Origin: Mobula hypostoma
Lineage: Eukaryota
Length of the DNA: 64,000 nt
Reading direction: 5' to 3'
Assembly (NCBI RefSeq): GCF_963921235.1
Contig: NC_086097.1
Span: forward strand, 55,740,001-55,804,000
Under the pieces are notes generated by a model. The model saw only the letters and a program-made list of their open reading frames with translations, had not been told where the DNA came from and searched no databases. The position numbers and the translations under genes are program-made. This document shows positions 11,670-24,224 of this stretch, piece after piece; the stretch's first letter is position 1, and every line of letters begins with the position of its first letter.

Positions 11670-12720
11670 GATTAGATTAGATTATGAGGATACTCAGTCC
11701 TTGTTTATTGTCATTTAGAAATGCATGCATTAAGAAATGATACGATGTTCCTCCAGTATGATATCACAGAAACACAGGACAGACCAAGACCTCATAGAAA
11801 CATTTCGAATGTTAAAAGACATGGACAGAGTGGATGTGGCAAAGTTGTTTCCCATGATGGGGGAGTCTAGTACGAGAGGGCATGACTTCAGGATTGAAGG
11901 GCGCCCTTTCAGAACAGAAATGCGAAAAAAAATTTTTAGTCAGAGGGTGGTGAATCTATGGAATTTGTTGCCACGGGCAGCAGTGGAGGCCAAGTCATTG
12001 GGTGTCTTTAAGGCAGAGATTGATAGGTATCTGAGTAGCCAGGGCATCAAAGGTTATGGTGAGAAGGCGGGGCAGTGGGACTAAATAGGATAAAGTGGAT
12101 CAGCTCATGATAAAACGGTGGAGCAGACTCGATGGGCCGAATGGCCTACTTCTGCTCCTTTGTCTTATGGTCTTATTGTCTAAAACTGACAGGAACCACA
12201 TAATTGTAACATATAGTTACAACAGTGCAAAGCAATACTGTAATTTGATAAAGAGCAGACCATGGGCACGGTAAAAAAAAGTCTCAAAGTCCCGATAGCC
12301 CCATCATCTCATGCAGACAGTAGAAGGGAGAAACTCTCCCTGCCATGAACCTCCAGCGCCGCAAACTTGCCAATGCAGCACCCTGGAAGCACCCGACCAC
12401 AGCAAATTCTGAGTCCGTCCGAAAACTTCAAGCCCCGACCAGCCTTCTGACACCAAGCACCGAACACCATCTCTGCCGAGCGCTTCGACCCCACCCCGGC
12501 CGCCGAGCAACAACCAAAGCCGAGGACTCGGGGCCTTCCCCTCCTGAGATTCAGGATCACACAGTAGCAGCGGTAGTGAAACAGGCATTTCAGAAGTTTC
12601 ACCAGATGTTCCTTCGCGCTCTCACATCTGTCTCCATCAAATCAGGATTGTGCACGGCCTCCTACTTGACAGATAACAGATGTTCATCATCGGAGTGATC
12701 ATACCGCCATCTTCTCCTCC
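11670..12720 (-). mobile_element. Non-autonomous retroposon with (ATCTA)n tail, interrupted by a CR1 fragment
   Basis: Tail gattagattagatt at 11670; 11670-11790 matches 35375-35496; GC-rich 5' part starting GGAGGAGAAGATGGCG on the minus strand. Confidence 0.7.
11790..12180 (+). mobile_element. Young CR1 LINE 3' fragment
   Basis: DLIETFRMLK...RGHDFRIEGRPFRTEMRKKIFSQRVVNLWNLLP...GIKGYGEKAGQW matches the C-terminus of ORF 13646-15094; (TCTTATGG)-type tail. Confidence 0.9.
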
Positions 12721-13540
12721 TAATAAGTTGTGATCAGTAAATTTCCCCACTTCTGACCTCAGAATGGAAACAAGTGGAAGACACTGACGACGGTTGGCCC
12801 TAGGACACTAGTTGAGGAGCTCCTGAAGTGATGTCCTAGTGTTGAGATGACCGATTTCCAACATAACTCTCTTTCTCTGTGCAAATTATGTCTCCGATCA
12901 TTGAAGTATTTACTTTTGATGACGATTGACTTCAGGGCTCCCTGATACCACACTTGATCATATGATGCCTTGAGTACCCACTTTGAGTTTATTTTTTAAA
13001 TCCATATTTGGACTAAGGACGTGATGAGCTATGAAAATTTATTAACAAATAAGTGCTGCTTGATAATGCTGTCAACAATGGCTTCTATCGTTTTGCTGTT
13101 GATTGAGAGGGGGCATGACAATTAGCCAGAGTAGATTCTCTTGCTTTTGTCATGAACAAAATATGACAATGCCCCAATACCCTCAATAATGAATGCTCAT
13201 GGGTGACTGGCTGGGGACTTAGTTAATTCAAGTCTTTGATACTGCGTACAATGTGAAGTACTTTGAATAAGCATCATTTTGAAGTGCATCTTCTTTCCTG
13301 AGAATCCAATTTCCTCTTTTATTCTTTATTCACTTTCTTTCAATTCTTATCAGCTGTTTAATCTACGCATATTAACTAAAACTATGGCTCTTAATTACTA
13401 ATATAGGGGTTTGAAAGCAGCATTTCTCCTTTGCCCATCAATCACATAGCACAGAATGTTCTCATAACTTCTGAAAGATCTATTGTTGCCTCTGCACAAA
13501 TTTCAATGGGCCAGGATGAAAAGTAATAATATACTCTGAT

Positions 13541-15063
13541 TAGAAACATAGAAACATAGAAACATAGAAAATAGGTGCAGGATTAGGCCATTCGGCCCTT
13601 CGAGCCTGCACCGCCATTTATTATGATCATGGCTGATCATCCAACTCAGAACCCCGCCCCAGCCTTCCCTCCATACCCCCTGACCCCTGTAGCCACAAGG
13701 GCCATATCTAACTCCCTCTTAAACATAGCCAATGAACCGGCCTCAACAGTTTGCTGTGGCAGAGAATTCCACAGATTCACCACTCTCTGTGTGAAGAAGT
13801 TTTTCCTAATCTCGGTCCTAAAAGGCTTCCCCTCTATCCTCAAACTGTGACCCCTCGTTCTGGACTTCCCCAACATCGGGAACAATCTTCCTGCATCTAG
13901 CCTGTCCAATCCTTTTAGGATCTTATACGTTTCAATCAGATCCCCCCTCAATCTTCTAAATTCCAACGAGTACAAGCCCAGTTCATCCAGTCTTTCTTCA
14001 TATGAAAGTCCTGCCATCCCAGGAATCAATCTGGTGAACCTTCTTTGTACTCCCTCTATGGCAAAGATGTCTTTCCTCAGATTAGGGGACCAAAACTGCA
14101 CACAATACTCCAGGTGTGGTCTCACCAAGGCCTTGTACAACTGCAGTAGTACCTCCCTGCTCCTGTACTCGAATCCTCTCGCTATAAATGCCAGCATACC
14201 ATTTGCCTTTTTCACCGCCTGCTGTACCTGCATGCCCACTTTCAATGACTGGTGTATAATGACACCCAGGTCTCGTTGCACCTCCCCTTTTCCTAATCGG
14301 CCACCATTCAGATAATAATCTGTTTTCCTATTTTTGCCACCAAAGTGGATAATCTCACATTTATCCACATTAAATTGCATCTGCCATGAATTTGCCCACT
14401 CACCCAACCTATCCAAGTCACCCTGCATCCTCTTAGCATCCTCCTCACTGCTAACACTGCCACCCAGCTTCGTGTCATCCGCAAACTTGGAGATGCTGCA
14501 TTTAATTCCCTCATCCAAGTCATTAATATATATTGTAAACAACTGGGGTCCCAGCACTGAGCCTTGCGGTACCCCACTAGTCACCGCCTGCCATTCTGAA
14601 AAGGTCCCGTTTATTCCCACTCTTTGCTTCCTGTCTGCTAACCAATTCTCCACCCACACCAATACCTTACCCCCAATACCGTGTGCTTTAAGTTTGCACA
14701 CTAATCTCCTGTGTGGGACCTTGTCAAAAGCCTTTTGAAAATCCAAATATACCACATCCACTGGTTCTCCCCTATCCACTCTACTAGTTACATCCTCAAA
14801 AAATTCTATGAGATTTGTCAGACATGATTTTCCTTTCACAAATCCATGCTGACTTTGTCCGATCATTTCTCCGCTTTCCAAATGTGCTGTTATCACATCC
14901 TTGATAACTGACTCCAGCAGTTTCCCCACCACCGACGTTAGGCTAACCGGTCTATAATTCCCCGGTTTCTCTCTCCCTCCTTTTTTAAAAATTGGGGTTA
15001 CATTAGCCACCCTCCAATCCTCAGGAACTAGTCCAGAATCTAACGAGTTTTGAAAAATTATCA
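13541..15063 (-). mobile_element. Young 5'-truncated CR1 LINE
   Basis: (ATGTTTCT)3 tail at 13541-13567 (minus sense), short 3' UTR, uninterrupted RT ORF. Confidence 0.97.
13646..15063 (-). CDS. CR1 ORF2 reverse transcriptase domain and C-terminus (N-terminally truncated; the ORF-track start codon lies in flanking DNA)
   Basis: Motifs PGNYRPVSLTS, QHGF, YLDFQKAFDKVPH, GVPQGSVLGP, FADD, RDLGV, RPHLEYCVQFW; no stops or frameshifts over ~470 codons. Confidence 0.9.
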
Positions 15064-15589
15064 ATAAAATAAATACAATAATTGATAAATACATTTATTG
15101 ATAAAATAAATACTAAAAGTTAAAAATAGAGGAAAAGGTAGGTTCTAGCTTTTTAACCTGAAATAAACAATCCATTTGATGATAGCGTTGCTACCATTCA
15201 ATATTGACTCGAAAAGCAACACAGAATTCAAACATCAAATTGTAGCTAAAAGTTAGGGAATGCAATATTCAGCTTGCATCCATGTCTTCATTCATTTAAA
15301 TGCACGGTGTTAGATTTGGTCTAGTGGAGGCACCATTGTTGCTGACTCATGTCCTCACTAATTTAGGCTTTTACACTGGAATTGAGTGAATGCTATTTTG
15401 TTAAGAGGTCTTCATTAGATGAAGTATTAAAGCTAATGGTTTAGTTAGGGATGAGCAAGTGAGAACACAAAAGATCTCAAGATATTATCCCAAGAATAAA
15501 ACATGACACCTTTGATCAAAATTTACTTGCTGACCTTTGATGATAGGAACATTAATGCCATGCTTCCATCCAAATGCATAATGTTTTAT

Positions 15590-16095
15590 ATACATGTCCA
15601 AAGTAAATGCATTATCTAGATACATATATGTCACCATATTCAACCCCGAGATTCATTTTCTTGCAGTCATATACAGTAAATCCAAGAATCAATGAAAGAC
15701 CACAACCAACAGGATGGACAAACAACCAACATGCAAGAGACAACAAACAGTGCAAATACAAAAGAGAGAAAAAATAATACTAATAGATAAATAAGCAATA
15801 AATATTGAGAGCATGAGATGAAGAGTCCTTGAAAGTGAGTCCATTACTTGTGGGAACAGTTCAGTGATGGGCAAGTGAAGTTGAATGAAGTTATCCCCAC
15901 TGGTTCAAGAGCCTGATGGTTAAGGAGTAATAACTGTTCCTGAACCTGGTGGTGTGAGTCCTGAGGCTCCTGTACCACCTTCTTGTTGGCAGCAGGGAGA
16001 AGAGAGCGTGTCCTAGGTAGTGGGAGTCCCTGCTGATGGATGTTGCTTTCCTGCAACAGCGCTCTGTGCAGATGTGCTCAATGGAAGGGATGAAT
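15590..16095 (-). mobile_element. Rex1/Babar-like LINE 3' fragment
   Basis: Reverse complement of the family at 46045-46618 (shared 3' UTR and TTRFRNSY..TIRLL-type C-terminus). Confidence 0.8.
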
Positions 16096-19000
16096 TGGAT
16101 AAAGTCTTTAAACCTTTATAGAGCAATTATTGTGAATTAGCTGTGATTACTCTGATCAATATTTAACCTTCAGAAACAGATACCCAAACCCTTGTTATCT
16201 AAGAATATAGTTTACTTTCTCATTGGTAAGGCTAGTTCAAAAGTACAAGAGGTTGTAATGCTTCTCCTTGTGAACAAAACTATATATGGTCTAAAATGAT
16301 GATCTTTCATTTACTCTGATTCAATTGTATTTCACAAAACGCATCATGAAAAAACTATTGTATTGTAATATACAAAAAAAATCATGAATTTTCCATAAGA
16401 AAATCACTAACGATGGAAGATTAGCTAAACGTTCAGTTTTTTTGATAACATCCTATAATGTTGCTTGGCCTGATTTCTAATGTACCACACTGTCAAGGAA
16501 AATTAGTCAGTGATTTTTAAATAAATACATTTGGTTAAGTAGATCATATGCATGTACTAGATGGGATTTTCGCTAGAATGGTAAAAGACTTTTATTTTAC
16601 CTACATTTCTTTGAAGGATTTGGTCCCATTGTTCAAGAAATAACCATCCTTGTCAAGTGGTGAACAAACAGCAGTACAAATATGATTTGCTCTTTGATCC
16701 CTGCTCGTTCTGTGCCATAAATCTTAAATGCTATGGATAACAGTATTTTGAATGTCCTGCACTATCCTTGAAGAGTTGACATTTTTATATAAATGTGAAT
16801 CGCCAGAGTTTCTTTAACATGGCTTCATTTGCATTATTACTGTGGCACAAGAGGCAGATCAAAACTGATGCTGTGACATCTAATATAAAATCAAGGGCAT
16901 TCCAAGCTTAGTTATTAAAGTAAAACAAAAATAAAAAATTTGAAGAATTACTTTATGTAATGTTAAATTTTATATTATCTACTATTCTTGATTATTATAG
17001 GGTTTATTGGTTTCTAGTATCAACGTGCTGAAGCCTTTCACTAATTTCTATACACAGTGTGATATGTTAGTTAAATAACTTGATCAAATTCTATTTGCTT
17101 ATTCTGCTTTTACCAGATCTCTCTCTAATAGTTGTTTTATATCAATGTTCTGTATTTTAATTTGGGATTCGGCAGCAAGTGAAAGAGTTCAAAAGCAAAA
17201 ACTTGGCGCTCCCTCCATTTTGTTTTTATGGTTTCTATAATTTGATTTCAACCTTCTATAAATGTACTTTTGAAAAGTTAAGAATGGAACAGAAATAATA
17301 TTTTGATTAATTCATTTTGGTAATATCATAGATTGTTTGAGCTGTACTAAGTAACTATAAATGTTCACTGTTAAATTGGATTCTTGCATCATTGGAATTC
17401 ACCTTAAAATAATGATCCAATTATGTTCTAAAAGAATATTGCAATATTGCACCTTTTTGAAAGCCGCATTGTTGTTAATCCTGAGCATATCCAGTATCCA
17501 GGTTTTCTTTGCTAAAATGATCCTTTAGCTTAAACAAAAAAACAGCAGCAAGCATTCTCTACATAACTGCTCTCTTCTCAAGGTATGTTTCCTTTACATA
17601 AGCAACATGAAACAGAAAATACTTTAAAGCTTTTGAGTAAGTACAATGGTCTTTTAGTAATGTTGGCATAATATAATGACATTTGGAGTCTTTTGATTTA
17701 ATTTCAAATGTATTTATTTTTGACATCGGAAAGATTTAAATATGAGCATGTCGGAATACAAATAATGTAAATAATTTATGAACAACATGCCTCTAGGGAA
17801 CATGGCAGTTCAAGTGTCAGATTCATGCTGCTGACAATAGAGACTGTGACTGGTATACAAAGTGAACCCTGTCTATGGTAATGGACTGAACATTGACCTA
17901 TTGATTGAGTGGTACAAGGCATTGTACAATATCAGCTGGGTCTTTCAAATTTAATTTGCTGCGTGACATGAATTAACCTTAGGAACCTTTCACTTGTACT
18001 TCTAGCTCTGTCAGTTTAGTTCTAGGTAATGTTCAATCATGTTAGTTTGTTGGTCAACATGACAAATTACTTTAAGAGTAGGCATCTCTCCCAGGTTTAA
18101 CTAACTAGAGCTAACGGTAAATAGAATTTAACTTACCACAGTTTCATCCATGAAGTGTGCTGGTAATTACAAAACTGTCTTTTCTTTGTCTTACAGCTAC
18201 AGAATTATGTTTTTAAGTAAATATTTGTAAAGTAAAAAGTAAAAGAATTTATTTGTAAAAATGTTGTATTACGTTTACATTTAATAAAGTTTAGTGTATC
18301 TTAAGGAGCTTACAAAGATGATATTTAGATCATCTGTACTCCAGTAGATAAAGTACTATTAACAGATTATTTTATGTAATTGAAGGGACTGCACACTCAA
18401 AAGACTCAATTGAAACGTCAGCATAGAAATGCATTTTTAAAAATTACTGTTTTGTATGTTTCAAAAAATATAGCTACATAAGACATCAAAGAAAGAAATA
18501 AAATAATTGTCAATTCAATTGCACAACACTTTAGCATGTTATGCCATGCTTAGGAAGACCTGAGATCAAATACCAGCCTCCTTGGTCAACATTGCTGTGC
18601 CACAGATGGCTGGTACAGATTATATTAAAGGAGATTGTATTTAAGTCATTGATTGGTTGAACTTGGCTATCTAGTCAACAGGAGAGAAATGTATAAACCT
18701 GCTTTAATGAAGGTGCCATTGAATTATGTAATGGAGATGTCCTGAATCATTTTCTCTTTTATGTGCCCTGAAAAAATACAAGGAAATGTAATAATTAAAA
18801 GCACTTCATCATAAAAAATTGATAGCCTTTTAAGAAAATAATGAAGTATATGAAATTAATTAGGAAACAATGCAGAAAATCAAAGTGAATCTTGTGTTTC
18901 TCGTGAATTTTAATTTATCATCTTCTGCAAAGAAAATTAAGAGTTTTCATTGATAATTTATAACAGGAAAATGATAATATAAAACAAATAGGATTAATAA

Positions 19001-21326
19001 TTTTTTTAAAGTTCTCACTGATTTTTCTATTTCCTAGACTAATATATATTTTGCTAAAATAATCTCACCTATATTATGACAAAATTTCAGGAATATTTTA
19101 AATCCACGTGTTTCAAATTTATTCTAAAAATAAAGAAATTCATCTGTATTTCTTATGATAAAAGTAGTCATATATTTATAAATGTTACTTTAGTCCACGT
19201 GTTTTGTCTGGAAAGAAAATGGATATGAAATTTAATCAATTTCACCTTTATGAATGCTCACATATAAATTGTTTTTGAGTGTTAAATATATTGGAGTGAA
19301 AGTAATTGTATTTAAAATGTGCATTCAGAACATCTATTTTATCATTCCGGCCTCCAGACAAGTCACATTGATAACTTGTTTAATATGTTGAAAGTACTGT
19401 TGTAATAGGATGGTCCTCCTTGAATTTACTTCCCACCTTTTGAGGTAAATCTTAAATATTACTAATTAATTTAGGCCATGCATTTTTATGAATAAACTGA
19501 CATTTCTGTTGAAATAGAAACGACTAAAAGAGCTGACTACTGGACACAGAATAAAATTAGGTATCTTAGATCATTGAATCATATTAAATTGTCATATTGA
19601 GTTGTGGTGATATATGTAAGAGAAAAGGCCAACAGATACTAAGTTAAACAAATTTTCTTCCTTTATAGTAAACTTACAGAAAACTTACTTCACAAATTTT
19701 CATCCATTTTCAATCTCAATAAATAATAAGTGTTACAAAGGAATGCATACCCATTTGACCAGATATGAGTGTTTTTAAAAAATCTGTATTGAAATAAGAC
19801 GTCACTTTTTATTTAGAACCCCTTCTTATTTTACCTGATATATAAGGCAGTGTGCACTGAAATATTATTATGGAATCGAGCATTTTAAAGCAGCAACATT
19901 TTATTCAAGAATTTGAAATATACATAACTGGCATATTTAATGTTGTTTGATCTGCCATAGTCAGTTTAGCAACAGTGAAGAGATATTCCTTAATAAAATG
20001 GACAACTCTTATATGACAACTGCATTTTTCATTAGTTCAAGAAAATGTTAATCATGCAATTCCAAGTCTAATCCTTTTGATATCGTCAGGTACCTCCTGT
20101 TCATGGGTTAATTGCTTTAAAAGCGGAGGCAATATTCTGAACGGTGGGCTGTGTCACCTTTTCACAGCTGTTACCATTGAGTGACAACTAAATCCCATGT
20201 GTAAAATGTGGAAAAGCTCAGTCTCCAATCGAGAGAAAATTTATGTAAACTGCAATCCCTTCAGTATGTGCGGAAGTCATAGACTTTCTTGATTTACCCT
20301 GCTTTTCCCAGAAAGCTCTATTGTTTGGCTTCCTAAGTCTCATCAACCCTTTGTAGCAGAATATCACAGCAGCAGCAGATAGCTTAAAAAATATAAATGC
20401 TATCATAGTGGTGATTAATAGCAGTGCTTATGAGTCAAGTCAGATAACACTGCAGCTCTCCACTCAATTTCAGATACTGCTAATGGAATCTGTCTTCTCC
20501 AATTGTAATATGAGAAGGGCTAATTTGCTATGGAGCTTGGAGCTGTCACCAGCAGGGGATTGTGGGGTCAGATGGGAGCTGCCAGGTTTTTGCCCTGCAG
20601 CTTGTATCTCTAGCTTTGAATAGAGCAGCCCCCTGCCTGCTAGTTAGCTGATAGGCCGCTATGGGGTTTATGCCACCTCATACAATAGGAAAGGGTTGTG
20701 CAGACTGACTTTTGTAATTGTGAAGCTGGCTCATATTTCGAGAGCTACTGTGCAGCATAATTTCTAATAACTGGTTTTAACAAATGTCAGATTATTAAAA
20801 GTTTTCTCAATTACAAAAACTCATAAAACATTTGAATTGATAAATCGGTCCCTTGTTGAGTTTCTGCCACTGGAAATAGAGCTGTTTTTCATGTGTGGTA
20901 TTATAAATTCACTTCAAAATTTGAATTGCTTTTAGTTTTCTCTGGTTTCAGGGAAGAAAATAATGCTGCATTTATTTTGTAATTCAGACACTTGAGAATC
21001 CAGTGGTGCCATGCACAAGTCATTTTTAACTTTTTGAGGACTAGGTTGCTCGAACTCCATGACGGAAAGAAATCAGCATTCTCAATGGTTCTGAGAATAA
21101 GGTGATTCAATGACAGGCTAATAATACAGGTGGCAGGGCACAGCACCTGCCTCCTAAAAGGATTGTTGTAAGCTCAAGTCCCAGGGTAATTGTCACTCGA
21201 GCCTTCCTGCCATTGTTGGCTTGCTGATTCTTTGCTCCACTCTTTGATACAGCACAACATAGGAGTTCCAATTTGTTTGTCTTCATATAAAATATAGGCT
21301 TTTAACAAAGTGCCTAAAGATCAGGT

Positions 21327-21427
21327 TAGTCCTGACGAAGGGTCTCGGCCTGAAACGTCGACTGCACCTCTTCCTAGAGATGCTGCCTGGCCTGCTGCGT
21401 TCACCAGCAACTTTTATGTGTGTTGCT
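21327..21427 (+). mobile_element. Solo ~100-bp PLE pseudo-LTR insertion with a 12-bp flanking duplication
   Basis: TAAAGATCAGGT at 21315-21326 and 21428-21439; insert matches the reverse complement of ~10407-10508. Confidence 0.9.
21328..21363 (+). ncRNA. Minimal type-I hammerhead ribozyme motif with intact catalytic core
   Basis: agtc (stem I)-CTGACGA-agg gtctcgg cct (stem II)-GAAA-CG-TC-gact (stem I'); predicted GUC cleavage after 21359. Confidence 0.8.
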
Positions 21428-21589
21428 TAAAGATCAGGTATTAAGCTTGAATCAAAATCTTGGTTGATTTTCTTACCTCTTGAGGTTTGAACGTTAATGG
21501 ATCTCTCTTTGCTGATTTGAAATTTATCAGTAAAAGCAACTTGCACTTAAATAAATCTCTCTCAGTGGAAAAAATATTATAGGGCATGG

Positions 21590-21850
21590 GCGTGCCAGTT
21601 GGCACTGCCACCAAACAGCTCTAGAAGTTTGGGTTTGAGTTTGTGCTTCTTACCCTGACTATGTGGGTTCCTGTTTCTTCCTATGTCTCAGAGATTAGTT
21701 GGTAGGTTGGATAGTTACTCCGTGTAGCTAAGTGCTGAAAGAATCAAAGTGGATTTGATGGGCATGTGAAAGGAAGACTAAATTGTAGGACCAGAGGGAA
21801 ATAGGAAGAAGGAGGATTGGGACTGCTGGACAGAGTGGCTTCCTCCAGAG
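21590..21850 (+). mobile_element. Decayed tRNA-derived V-SINE-like element
   Basis: gagtttgtgcttctt..tgactatgtgggtt core similar to copies at 35210, 50858 and 58020. Confidence 0.5.
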
Positions 21851-21859
21851 TTTAAAAAA

Positions 21860-22500
21860 TTAGACCAAAAAGTGAATACTGAGCCAAATATTAGCAAGCC
21901 GTTCAGTAAAGAGATGCCTTTCAGCAAAGAGATGGTTTTGAATGTGGAATTTAGTATAGGACATGGATGGGGAGGCAGATAACTGAAAGGTAGGATTTCC
22001 ATTGTGGAAAACATGAATGTTTGAAACCCTGTCATGGAGGATAGTCGAAGGCAAGTTGTGAATGATGCAAGCACCAAGAAATAGAAATGGCGGGGGGGGG
22101 CATTAAAGGGTAGGAAGAGAACATAAAGATCCAGAAGGGTGAAGCCATGGAGTGATTTACAGAAGAAGATATTAATCGTAAAGCCCTGGGAAATTGGGAA
22201 CACAGGCAATGTTGAGGATTTGGTGTGAATTTCACTTTGCCAGCAAAAACCTGAAAAGCGAGAGTGAAATAGAAGTGTGGATTGGAGTAGTCAAATCTGG
22301 AGTTTGGTTTGAGCAAATATGGAACAAGGCCAGAGTGGGGATGCGTGAAACTGTTTTTGATGTTGTTGCATCAATGAAAGTGAGCTCCCTTTATGATGGA
22401 GAGCATGTACGGGTCAGAGCTCAGCTCAGGCAGGAGGGATTATGGTTCAGCCAGAGACAGTGGCTGGAGAGGAGTCAAAATTAGAGCATGTGTGTAGAGT
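21860..22500 (-). mobile_element. Decayed L2-like LINE ORF2 fragment
   Basis: Broken minus-strand frames with LINE-like peptides (e.g. FHNGNPTFQLSASPS, LKPNSRFDYSNPHF); assigned from memory. Confidence 0.45.
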
Positions 22501-22708
22501 TTATTTTGAAGGCTGAAAGGATAATCAGGCAGACACGTGGAAGTATAATATTTTGTTACTTAAGCATGGAGTGGAGGGGTATGCAAAGCATCTTAATGTT
22601 CCAAGTTACATAGTTCTCTGACAAGAGAGATGGTGTTGTAAAAAGGAAGCTGTGGCAATATACGTTTAAGCGACAATCACAACTGTATGAAGAGATGATA
22701 TGTTAGAC

Positions 22709-22788
22709 CATGAGTTCCCAATCTTTTTTACGCCATGGACTAATATCATTAAGCAAAGGGTCTGAGCACCTCAGACTGGGAACCCCTG
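22709..22788. mobile_element. 80-bp hAT-type MITE
   Basis: TIRs catgagttccca / tgggaacccctg; 8-bp TSD tgttagac (22701-22708) / tgttagaa (22789-22796). Confidence 0.8.
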
Positions 22789-24224
22789 TGTTAGAAGGAT
22801 CATCAAATCAGGTTTTATGAGCCGTGCTAAAGAACAGAAAGGGGGCAATCACAGTCCAGGACGTTAACAGTCTGGGGAAAATTAGATGAACAAAACTAGG
22901 CATATCACAAGTGCAAAACTACTAGGTCAATAATGGGAGATTTAATTTACCACTGTGTTAACCGGAATGTAATTTAATGTACAGACAACACAGAACTCCT
23001 AAAATGCATTCAGGACATCTATTTTTAGCCAATATTTTGCAAACCATAAAGAGATGGGAAATTTAGAATTTAACTTTAAGGAATGATTTTGGCCCTATGG
23101 AGAGAATATTAGTGGGAGAGTTCTTTTGTGGTAGTGAGCACTTTTTTTGTGGTTGTTCAGTTAAGTTTAGCAAGGGAAAGAGGAAAATAGAAAAAAAATA
23201 AATGATTCCAAGTTTGAAGAAGGTCAGGTGCTAAGAGTACCTTCCTATTTTTCACTTCACTAATCATATGATGTCCTTGTTATTGCCAATGACCCCATCA
23301 AGTACAAAGGAACACGGAACTGATGCTACTGAAATTTTCCTCATGCTTGTTCCATGATCAAGCAGCTTTATTTCAATATTCCGCTGCCTTAACTTAGAGC
23401 TCTAGTTATGTCGTATTACCATGGTAACAACCTGTTCTTCTATTGAGGCCTCGGATGGTCTTAGAATGGAACTTATTGTTTTTTACCTCACTATAACTAG
23501 ATGGTTAGCCTTGTTCCTTCTAATTTATTATGCTTCTGCAACCTTGAATCCTAGCAAGGTAAACTAACTTCCAATTCATCACTGCTGCAGTGGGGTACTG
23601 TTCCTTATGACATGTTGAACTAGTTCACCCTGTGATGGATGAGTCCTGGAGATTCCTTCCTTCAGTTAAATAATTATCAGTATCTTTGATTATATTAACA
23701 TCCCAGAGAACTTCATGCATCATTAACCATACTTGTATGTGGCATCTTCCAACTTTTGATTGAAACTGACGACCAAAGCCATTCCACAAGAGTGGAATGG
23801 AACACTCTCTTGCCTGGAAGAATGTAGCTCCAAAAGCTCTCAAGAAGCACAACACCATCCAGAAAACAATCCATGCCATAAATCCCTCACATTACAAGCC
23901 CAGAGTTGAATTGTACACTAACTGCATAATGAACTGCAGTAGTTTGTCAAGGTTATGCCACCACCATCTCCCAAACGTGTGACCTACAAGTTGTGGGTGC
24001 TCTATTGTGCCAGAAAGACAAATGCTTTCAGTGTTAATGGGAATTAATACGTTTTCTGTTCCAAGTTGTATATTATTCTGACTGAGAAATACTGTATATT
24101 GCTATTCCTTCACTGGGCTTAAACCTTAGAACTCCCCCCTCCCCAGCAGTATTGGGTAGTACCCTCACCAGGTAGACAGCAGTGGTTCAGCAGATAGATC
24201 ACCAGAATCCTCTCGAGGACATAG

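Noticed and set aside
14034..14738. Plus-strand ORFs of 93 and 134 aa
   Set aside because: Antisense shadows of the CR1 RT ORF
18180..18225. Acceptor-like tttctttgtcttacag followed by gtaaat
   Set aside because: Weak donor; implied exon of 20 or 14 nt is not frame-preserving; no other support
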